The notes below the pieces were generated by a model. The model made no database searches. It saw nothing but the letters and a program-made list of their open reading frames with translations, and was not told where the DNA came from. From an uncultured bacterium (GTDB lineage: Bacteria; CSSED10-310; CAZUFC01), in assembly GCA_964619725.1 (NCBI GenBank), contig CAZUFC010000190.1, positions 1 to 12,547 of the forward strand: 12,547 bases of DNA. The letters are read 5' to 3'. Numbering within the stretch: position 1 is the stretch's first letter; each line of letters starts with the position of its first letter. Shown here one piece after another: positions 1 through 6,857 of this stretch. A program made the position numbers and the translations under genes.

Positions 1-1
1 C

Positions 2-283
2 TTATTTTGACGATTTTTCCCTGAATTTCCAGCAAAATATTTGATCAGGCTCATCCGGGGAACGCTTTTTAAAATAATCGACCGTCTGCCTGGCGTAACC
101 GTGCCGTTCATACTCAGGAAAAACGTTGATGGTATGTATGATGACCCGGCTGTAAACCTTCTTGATTCGCGCCTTGCCTACTCTCTTATCCCCTATGTCC
201 AGGTTTATCCACTGGTAATTGGAATCGCTCGCATTTACATTCTGAAATTTAAGCTGTAATTTCTCAGACATCATCGCCTCCAT
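2..283 (-). CDS. GNAT-family N-acetyltransferase-like protein, possibly C-terminally truncated
   Basis: 93-aa ORF containing IHTINVFPEYERHGYAR, which matches the GNAT motif A acetyl-CoA-binding loop (V.P.[Q/R]xxGx[G/A]). It stops about 30 aa later without the usual C-terminal FY/W..GF motif. The start may instead be one of the downstream ATGs (274 or 271), which follow GGAGG. Confidence 0.6.
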   Translation of the reverse strand: MEAMMSEKLQLKFQNVNASDSNYQWINLDIGDKRVGKARIKKVYSRVIIHTINVFPEYERHGYARQTVDYFKKRSPDEPDQIFCWKFREKSSK

Positions 284-379
284 AAAATAATAAAACCGTT
301 CCTCTATTCAATAACTGAACTGAATAAATGAAACAGTTTTTAATTTAGAAATGAGTCAAAATAAGCAGATAATCAATGC

Positions 380-451
380 CGTGGTGTTTCCAACCGATCT
401 TCGTCATAGCCGGTTCCTCTCTACGGGCGAGAAGACGCCCCGGAACACTCC
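380..451 (-). ncRNA. Candidate structured 5' leader or small RNA of unknown class
   Basis: Minus strand reads GGAGTGTTCC-G-GGGCG(TCTTCT)CGCCC-GTAGAGAGG-AACCGG...TCGGTT-GGAAACACCAC. The closing stem plus two hairpins suggest a three-way junction. A TTGACT-N16-TATTAC promoter-like motif (about 486-459) lies just upstream. It matches no riboswitch consensus I recall. Confidence 0.3.
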
Positions 452-507
452 AGTTATGTAATACGGATATAAGTACGGAAGTCAAGCCGGGACCGTTTGG
501 AACGCGA

Positions 508-1914
508 TTAGTTTGATTCTTCCAGGGCTTCCACTATAGCATCATATGCTGACCCATGAACATAACCCATGGCGGCGAGTTTCTCCAGGACCTTATCTGA
601 AACCAGAATTTTAGGTTTAAATATGGCCTGGTTGACCTGGAAAAAGTTTTCAGCAACAGAAACCAGGCGACGCTGACGTCTTGAATTTCTTACACTCAGG
701 TTCTTCCGTTCCTGTGGATCGTCATTTAAATCATATAATTCCTGTTCGACGCCGGATGGACTGTTCGTTATAATAAGCTTCCATCCATCCTCAATCACGG
801 CAAACCGCTGAGGATGCTCGAATATGGGTTTTCGCGACAGAAAAACTTGCCTTTTCTTTTTTGCATCCCAGATGCTCGAACCGGAAAATATCTTGAGCGG
901 TTCGATATCCGCTAAAGCGAGAATGGACGGCGCCAGGTCTGTCTGTTCGACATATTCATCACTCACGATTTCAGCTTCCCGCTCCGGAACACGCATAATA
1001 AGCGGCGTTCGCACGACTTCCTCATACAATGTGTTATGATAAATCCCTTTGTGCTCCTGAAATTCTTCGCCGTGATCGGCAGTGACGATGATTACGGTCG
1101 AATCATAAAGGTCTTTTTGCTTGAGAGCGACCATCAAATCGCCGATAGCTGCATCAGTGACGGCGATTTCACTGTCGTAACGGTCGATCCTTTTATCGCC
1201 GAAATGATATTGCGGATGCGGCATGTAATCAAAATGCGGATCAAAATAGTGTATCCAGGTAAAAAAAGGCCTGACAGTTTTTTCCATCTCCTGAATCGCT
1301 TTTTCAGTAATATATTGAGCTGAGGAAACTTTATGCGGATCGCCCAGGGACAACGCCGAAACGTCATAATCCTCAAAACCCTGGTCCAGCCGGAAACCTT
1401 CCACGCAAAAATAATGACTGACATAAGCCGATGTTCGATACCCGTTCTTCAGCAAAACCTCCGCCAACGTCGTAGCGTTAAGGCTCAATCCCGCATTGTC
1501 CTGCTCGCAACCGTGCTGGTGCGGATAAAGCGACGTCATGATGGTGGTCAATGAAGGCAACGTCCATCCGGCCTGACTGTAAGCATTTTCAAAAAGAACC
1601 GATTCCTCCGATAATACATCCAGCCACGGCGTCGTGCTGCGCTCATATCCATACGCTCCGAGATGATCAGCCCGTAAACTGTCCACCGTTATCAAAAGAA
1701 TATTCAATTCCTTGTTCAACTGTTCCGCTGATCGAGTCAATGGAGACGGCGCTTCGATATCGCTCAGCCCCGAATCAATTGTCGATTGCTCCTGCCGGGA
1801 CAAGACATCTCTCCGATGTTGCACGATGTAAATGAAAAAGACGGCCAGCAGAGCAATTACAGCTATAAACAGAATAATATTCAAATTTCTTCTGGATCGG
1901 TAAGAACTTTGCAA
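508..1914 (-). CDS. Membrane-anchored sulfatase-like hydrolase/transferase (alkaline phosphatase superfamily)
   Basis: N-terminal TM helix IILFIAVIALLAVFFIYIV. Motifs: NILLITVDSLRADHL, WIHYFDPH, IIVTADHGE, RTPLIMRVP, ELYDLNDDPQE and C-terminal LAAMGY. The nucleophile motif is WTLPS rather than C/SxPxR. TTG start with AAGGA upstream. Confidence 0.9.
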   Translation of the reverse strand: MQSSYRSRRNLNIILFIAVIALLAVFFIYIVQHRRDVLSRQEQSTIDSGLSDIEAPSPLTRSAEQLNKELNILLITVDSLRADHLGAYGYERSTTPWLDVLSEESVLFENAYSQAGWTLPSLTTIMTSLYPHQHGCEQDNAGLSLNATTLAEVLLKNGYRTSAYVSHYFCVEGFRLDQGFEDYDVSALSLGDPHKVSSAQYITEKAIQEMEKTVRPFFTWIHYFDPHFDYMPHPQYHFGDKRIDRYDSEIAVTDAAIGDLMVALKQKDLYDSTVIIVTADHGEEFQEHKGIYHNTLYEEVVRTPLIMRVPEREAEIVSDEYVEQTDLAPSILALADIEPLKIFSGSSIWDAKKKRQVFLSRKPIFEHPQRFAVIEDGWKLIITNSPSGVEQELYDLNDDPQERKNLSVRNSRRQRRLVSVAENFFQVNQAIFKPKILVSDKVLEKLAAMGYVHGSAYDAIVEALEESN

Positions 1915-1997
1915 GATATAAACTTCCTTAAAAGAGTTTCATTCCAAAGATCAAAACGAGCCGGACGGCTGTAGAACTCCGCACGACTCATCATCAA

Positions 1998-2026
1998 AGG
2001 CTAGCGTACGTGGCTGCTCAAGTCAA
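1998..2026 (-). promoter_or_regulatory. Putative sigma70 promoter for the sulfatase-like gene
   Basis: Minus strand TTGACT-N17-TAGCCT, about 85 bp upstream of the start at 1914. Confidence 0.45.
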
Positions 2027-2094
2027 AAACAAACGGAGAGAGGGAGGCGGGGAAAGCGAAAGGGGTTGCTGGGCGGACGGTTGGTTTTATTTTC

Positions 2095-2124
2095 TCGACA
2101 AGGGGTCATTTTTTATGCTAAGTT
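2095..2124 (+). promoter_or_regulatory. Putative sigma70 promoter for the oxidoreductase
   Basis: TCGACA-N18-TAAGTT with an extended -10 TG. RBS AAGGAG at 2138-2143. Confidence 0.35.
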
Positions 2125-2151
2125 CAGTCGGGTGATGAAGGAGTTGGATTG

Positions 2152-3480
2152 ATGGACAATAAAGAAAAGAAATCGATGCGAATAGCGGTAATCGGGGCCG
2201 GCATATCCGGGATGTCCGCTGCCTGGGAGATAGTGAATTCCGGGGAGACGGCGGACATATATGAGCGAGATGCAGTGAGCGGCGGATTGGCCGGATGGTT
2301 TGATGTTGGCGGAACGACTTTGGAAAAGTTTTATCATCATTTGTACAACAAGGATGAAGATTTGATCAATTTGATCAATGAAGCGGGACTTGGTGAGAGT
2401 CTAGTATTCAAAAACACGGCCACCAGTTGTTTTCACGGCAACCGGATATACCGATTGAGTTCTCCGCTTGATTTATTAAGGTATAAGCCGTTGAGTTTCA
2501 TGGACCGTATTCGGCTTGGGATGCTTGTTTTAAAAGCGCGGCTGGTGAAGGATTGGCGCGATCTGGACAGCATTTCGGTGAAGGATTGGGTCGTTGGAAT
2601 AGCCGGTGAGAATGTATTTAAGGTATTATGGGAGCCTTTGTTGCGGTCGAAATTCGGTCGTTACGGGGAGCAGGTTTCCGCAGCCTGGTTGTGGAGCAAG
2701 ATGGTTCAGCGGGGAGGTTCCCGGAGCAAGGGAGGCGCTGAGGAGCTGGGTTATTTGAAAGGCGGTTATGGATTGCTTTTCAAGCGATTGGAAAAGCTGC
2801 TGACGGAACGCGGCGCCGAGATACATTTTGAGACGCCTGTGGAGAAAATACTTATCAAAAATAATAAAGTCGAAGGATTGCAGGTAAACGGAAAGCCGGT
2901 GAAGTATGATGCCGTTCTGGCTACTGCGCAGGTTCCCGATTATCTGAACATTGCCGATGATTTGCCGGAAGGGAATAAAAAGGCGCTGGAAAAAATCGGC
3001 TTCCTGGGGAACGTCTGCCTGGTCCTCAAAATGAAAAGACGACTCTCCGACACTTATTGGCTCAACATCACCGAATCCGACTGTCCTTTCGTAGGCGTGA
3101 TCGAACAGACCAATCTGCTCAGCGAGGACAATTACCAGGGCCATCATCTGGTTTACCTGTCGCGCTACATGGATGTTGACGACCCTTATTACGGAATGAA
3201 CGCGGAGCAGCTTTTCAAAGAATATCTTCCCTCTCTCAAAAAGATATACCCTGAATTCAGCGAAGACTGGACGGAAGAAATAATGTTATGGCGGGAACCT
3301 CATGCCCAACCGGTCGTATCCGTTGGATACAAAGACATGGTTCCTGAAGCCGATGCGCCGGTTCAAGGCTTATATCTTTCCACCATGGCGCAGATTTTCC
3401 CGGAAGACCGTCAAATGTCCAATGGCGTGAAGATTGCGCGAAAAACCGCTCGGTTGCTGCTGAAAAACCTGAAGCATTGA
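2152..3480 (+). CDS. FAD-dependent oxidoreductase (amine oxidase / HemY-like fold, PRK07233-like)
   Basis: Rossmann motif IAVIGAGISG followed by IYE...GGLAG, LEKFYHH, LGYLKGGY and C-terminal QIFPEDRQMSNGV. ATG 2152 sits 8 nt after AAGGAG. The TGA stop overlaps the TTGATCA junction of the repeat unit. Confidence 0.88.
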   Translation: MDNKEKKSMRIAVIGAGISGMSAAWEIVNSGETADIYERDAVSGGLAGWFDVGGTTLEKFYHHLYNKDEDLINLINEAGLGESLVFKNTATSCFHGNRIYRLSSPLDLLRYKPLSFMDRIRLGMLVLKARLVKDWRDLDSISVKDWVVGIAGENVFKVLWEPLLRSKFGRYGEQVSAAWLWSKMVQRGGSRSKGGAEELGYLKGGYGLLFKRLEKLLTERGAEIHFETPVEKILIKNNKVEGLQVNGKPVKYDAVLATAQVPDYLNIADDLPEGNKKALEKIGFLGNVCLVLKMKRRLSDTYWLNITESDCPFVGVIEQTNLLSEDNYQGHHLVYLSRYMDVDDPYYGMNAEQLFKEYLPSLKKIYPEFSEDWTEEIMLWREPHAQPVVSVGYKDMVPEADAPVQGLYLSTMAQIFPEDRQMSNGVKIARKTARLLLKNLKH

Positions 3481-3548
3481 TCAAAATTCAGTATTTAAGG
3501 GTTACAATTTGGGCAGTCCGCAATCTGTAAACGGCCGGGAGATATCAT

Positions 3549-3768
3549 AAATTCACATCTCCTGTCATTCGCTAATGAAAAATTGTGAAATGTTTGACGA
3601 AAAAAAGTATAGATGTTCGAAAAAATTCTTGTAAAACAAAGTCCCCCCGCCTGCGGGGGGATATAGGGGGGGGCTAAAAACTTCACAATTATTATGCCGA
3701 GTTGCAATGCAAGAAAATCACACTTTTTCAATAGTTTGTGACATTCTTGTCAGGAGTTCAGAAATTCA
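3549..3768. mobile_element. MITE-like insert with a central GC hairpin
   Basis: Absent from copy 2. Flanked by AAATTCA direct repeats (3549-3555, 3762-3768). Imperfect subterminal inverted repeats at 3563-3588 and 3718-3743 (20/26). Central hairpin TCCCCCCGC-CT-GCGGGGGGA at 3642-3661. Confidence 0.65.
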
Positions 3769-3880
3769 ATACGCATTTGTGTTTCCGTAAGAAGAAAAAC
3801 AACCCCCGATACGCTAATGTCCATGCTTCGTCGCGAGCGACTCGCATCGACATAAGCGTCTCTGCCCCCTTTGATAAGCC

Positions 3881-3989
3881 TGTCGATTTAATCGAAAATG
3901 GTGCACCGTCGCAACAGCATGTAGCGGTATTAACTATGAAGTCCACACTATGTTGTATACTGGGAACCGCTTTTTCGATTAAATCGACA
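3881..3989. mobile_element. Hairpin/MITE-like module A
   Basis: Perfect 18-bp terminal inverted repeats TGTCGATTTAATCGAAAA / TTTTCGATTAAATCGACA. Absent from copies 2 and 3. Flanked by ATAAGC direct repeats at 3874-3879 and 3997-4002. Confidence 0.75.
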
Positions 3990-4145
3990 CCCCGTAATAA
4001 GCTGACTTTTATACACGCTTAACACAATAGATGAATGATTTTCATTTTACACTTAAAATAAAAGGATTTATAAAGCTTATTCGTCAGAACGAAACATAGA
4101 AAACTGCGACTTCATTGAAAGCCCCCCCTATATCCGGTAGAAGAG

Positions 4146-4249
4146 CGTTGATTTAATCGAAATTCGATGCGAACCATGTGAATAAGAAAATGTTATGAGA
4201 GATGATGTCTAATAATTTTGAAGCGCTTTCATTTTCGATTAAATCAACG
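4146..4249. mobile_element. Hairpin/MITE-like module B (copy 1)
   Basis: Perfect 17-bp TIRs CGTTGATTTAATCGAAA / TTTCGATTAAATCAACG. The TIR family is the same as module A but the interior is unrelated. Identical to 6283-6386. Confidence 0.75.
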
Positions 4250-4539
4250 GACCCGCAAGCGGGGTGACTTTGCCGTTGAGCGCTGTTTGACTTTCTGATT
4301 TCGGCAGTCAATTATTTTTGCTCCCACGCAGCCTCTGTCGGGAATCGGGGTCGGTATCGGCATCGCAATGGTAAATCAAACGTACAGAATGGAGCCAATC
4401 GAACTCTTGTGTTAAGCGTGTGTACTAGTAAGGTAATAAGGGGGATTTCACTCAGTAAATTTTTTCCCGGTAAAAACTGTTAACCTGGTTTGATCAGTCC
4501 CAAAATTTCAGAGTTCGGCGCGCCATGCGTCGTCGACAT

Positions 4540-5754
4540 TCAGCGCGCAGGCAGGAATTCAATCCAGAAACTGCTGCCCTTTCCCGGCCTGGAATTGACT
4601 CCGTATCGTCCTTTCATGCGCATCATTCCCCTGGCCACGATAGCGAGGCCTATCCCCGTGCCCTGAAACTCTTTATCGCCGTGCAACCTTTCAAAAAGAC
4701 GGAAAATTCTGTCCTGGTCTTCTTCCGCAATGCCTATTCCATTATCCTTGAACCAGATTCTATGTTTCCCTTGTCTCTTTTCCGCCCGGATTCCAATTTT
4801 GGGCTTTTTATCCTTTTCAGTATATTTAACGGCATTTGCAATTATATTCTGAACCACCTGAACAGTCGTCACATGATGACCGTAAACCTGCGGCAACGAG
4901 CCTTCCGTGGTTATTTCAGCATCCCGATCTTCAATATTACCGCGAAGCATATCCTTCGCATCCTCCACCGCCTGGTTCATATCGACTTTTTTTAGATCGA
5001 TGTCCGAGCCGTGTATTTTTCCGAAAACAGACAAATCCCGGATAAGCGCGTCCATTTTTTGAGCGGCTCTGACGATCTTCTGGATATGACCTTTTGCTTC
5101 TTCATCCAATTTATTGCCATAGTCTTCCTGCAGGATGCAGGCGAAACCGAAAACCGTCCTTAGGGGAGCGGTCAGATCGTGCGAAACGGCATAAGCGAAT
5201 GCTTTCAATTCCTCATTTGCTGATTCAAGCTGCTTCGTTCTCTCTTCAACGCTCTGTTCCAAATTAAACGTCAATCGAAAAATTTCCTCTTCCGTCTTTT
5301 TCCTGTCCGTAATATCCCTGACGATGCATACGACTGAATCAGCGCTGCATTTAACCATTCGAGCTTCAAAATTTCTCAAGTCTTTTCCGATTCTAAGATT
5401 ATATTCGTAAACCTGCATAGAGCCTTCAGACAGTGTTTTCTCAATAGCCTCCATAGTCACAGCGGCCACTTCCCGAGGAAGAACATCTTCAGCCTTCTTT
5501 CCCAGAAAAATAGTGGGAGTCGTGTAAAGGTTTTCCTTGGGCGCCTTGTAATGCGTAAAAGAACCGTCGCTTTTGATTCTAAACATCATGTCAGGAATAG
5601 CCCATAGTATCGCCCGGTATACTTCTTCGTTTTTTCTTATTTCGTTCTCCAGACGTTTATATTCAGTTCCCAGCTTTTTCAGTTTTCTGTTTTCTCGCCT
5701 TAATTTTTTCAGCTCATCCAATAATTGCTCTTTGCTCTTATCAATGTCTCTCAT
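4540..5754 (-). CDS. Cytoplasmic PAS-domain sensor histidine kinase
   Basis: N-terminal coiled coil (KSKEQLLDELKKLR) and a PAS/PAC domain ending VRDITDRK. H-box FAYAVSHDLTAPL, N-box QNIIANAVKY, G1 DNGIG, F-box LFERLH, G2 GTGIGL. No TM helix. AAGGAG RBS upstream of the ATG. Confidence 0.95.
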   Translation of the reverse strand: MRDIDKSKEQLLDELKKLRRENRKLKKLGTEYKRLENEIRKNEEVYRAILWAIPDMMFRIKSDGSFTHYKAPKENLYTTPTIFLGKKAEDVLPREVAAVTMEAIEKTLSEGSMQVYEYNLRIGKDLRNFEARMVKCSADSVVCIVRDITDRKKTEEEIFRLTFNLEQSVEERTKQLESANEELKAFAYAVSHDLTAPLRTVFGFACILQEDYGNKLDEEAKGHIQKIVRAAQKMDALIRDLSVFGKIHGSDIDLKKVDMNQAVEDAKDMLRGNIEDRDAEITTEGSLPQVYGHHVTTVQVVQNIIANAVKYTEKDKKPKIGIRAEKRQGKHRIWFKDNGIGIAEEDQDRIFRLFERLHGDKEFQGTGIGLAIVARGMMRMKGRYGVNSRPGKGSSFWIEFLPAR

Positions 5755-5870
5755 GAAACATTTCTCCTTGCTATCCCAGGAAAAGCTTCTTTAACTCACC
5801 AGCAAACATTAATGAATAATATCAAACTCCCGCACGTAATACAAAATTAATTTCATGCCGTGCGCTGTTC

Positions 5871-5918
5871 CGACAACGACAACCGCCGCGCGCTGCGGGA
5901 CTGACGACGACAACGATT
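5871..5918. repeat. CGA-periodic hexamer tract with a GC-rich insert
   Basis: CGACAA CGACAA CCGCCGCGCGCTGCGGGACTGA CGA CGACAA CGATT. Its reverse complement has the same TCAG...GCGGT interruption as 12513-12547. Confidence 0.6.
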
Positions 5919-5942
5919 TATCGGCTAACATATTGAAAAGCG

Positions 5943-6630
5943 GCATTAATCAAATATCCGTATTTTGAGGTTCCAATTCGGGCAATGCGCTATCTGCAAA
6001 GGGCCGGGGAGATATAATAAATTCAATACGAGTTTGCAGTTCCGTATGAAGAAAAACAACCCTCGATACGCTAATGTTCATGCTTCGTTGCGAGCGACTC
6101 GCATCGACATAAGAGTATCTGTCCCCTTATTGTAAGCCCACTTTTACAGAGGCTTGACACAATAGCCGAATGATATTCATTTTACACTTTAAATACAAGT
6201 ATTTACAAAGCTTCTTCGTCTGAACAAAAGAATATAAAACTGTGACTTCATAGAAAGTCCCCCCCTAAATCCGGCAGAAGAGCGTTGATTTAATCGAAAT
6301 TCGATGCGAACCATGTGAATAAGAAAATGTTATGAGAGATGATGTCTAATAATTTTGAAGCGCTTTCATTTTCGATTAAATCAACGGACCCGCAAGCGGG
6401 GCGACTTTGCCTGTAGGCGCTGTTTGACTGTCTGATTTCGGCAGTCCGCTATTTTTAATTCCAGGCAGCCTCTGTTGGAAATCGGTGTCGGTATAAGCAT
6501 GGCAATCATAAGTCAAATATACAGAATGAAGCCAATCGAACTCTTGCGTCACGTGTATGTAATAGTCAGTTATTGTAGGGAGGGATTTCACTCAGTGAAT
6601 TTTTTGCCGGTAAAAAGCGGGCATTGATCA
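5943..6630 (+). repeat. Composite non-coding repeat unit, copy 2
   Basis: Starts GCATTAATCA-N16-GGTTCCAATT and ends GCATTGATCA. Aligns to 3474-3555 plus 3769-4479. Positions 6276-6401 are identical to 4139-4264. Confidence 0.9.
6283..6386. mobile_element. Hairpin/MITE-like module B (copy 2)
   Basis: Same 17-bp TIRs and an interior identical to 4146-4249. Confidence 0.75.
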
Positions 6631-6790
6631 AAAAAGCGTCTTTTGAGGTTACAATTCGACAGAATCGTCTATCATTTTGTTTCGATTTCGATCACGATTG
6701 CGATACCGAGCCCGATACCGATTGCGATACCGACACAAATTTTCAAAAGTTTTGAAAGAATTGTAACCCCCGGCTTGATCAGTCCCAAAA
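6624..6790 (+). repeat. Short TTGATCA-bounded unit carrying a hexamer tract
   Basis: TTGATCA at 6624-6630 and 6775-6781. Inner inverted repeat GGTTACAATTC (6647-6657) / GAATTGTAACC (6758-6768). Nine CGA at a 6-nt period (6683-6736). Palindrome TTTCAAAA-G-TTTTGAAA at 6741-6757. Confidence 0.8.
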
Positions 6791-6857
6791 AGTGTTATAC
6801 CTGTTTGATGAGCGCCGAATTTTATTATCGATGTTGAGTCTTTCTCATCTTCCAAAA

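Larger units (their letters stand above)
3474..4505 (+). repeat. Composite non-coding repeat unit, copy 1 (longest)
   Basis: Bounded by TTGATCA at 3477-3483 and 4490-4496. Colinear with 5943-6630 apart from two extra modules of 213 bp and 123 bp. Fills almost the whole gap between two convergent genes. Confidence 0.9.

Noticed and set aside
380-451. tRNA or known riboswitch (ydaO, yybP, Moco, glutamine, c-di-GMP)
   Set aside because: There is no cloverleaf or T-arm, and the invariant cores of those families as I recall them are missing. It is kept only as an unclassified candidate.
2362-2378. Two TTGATCAA copies inside the oxidoreductase gene
   Set aside because: They encode the LINLIN peptide and lack the flanking GGTTACA or TCCCAAAA boxes, so they are chance core matches.
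3881-6386. CRISPR array from the recurring GATTTAATCGAAA motif
   Set aside because: The copies are inverted pairs about 70 nt apart, not direct repeats with regular unique spacers. No cas genes are present.
3769-6615. DGR template/variable repeat pair
   Set aside because: Differences between copies involve all bases plus indels rather than adenine-specific changes. Neither copy is in a CDS, and no reverse transcriptase is present.
3474-6790. Integron attC cassette array
   Set aside because: GGTTACA/TGTAACC do not fit RYYYAAC...GTTRRRY in sequence or order. The genes have their own promoters and mixed orientation, and there is no intI.
6643-6855. ORFs 6643-6837 (+) and 6649-6855 (-) with IPIAIP / RYRNRYR runs
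   Set aside because: These are translations of the stop-free hexamer tract inside a non-coding repeat unit.
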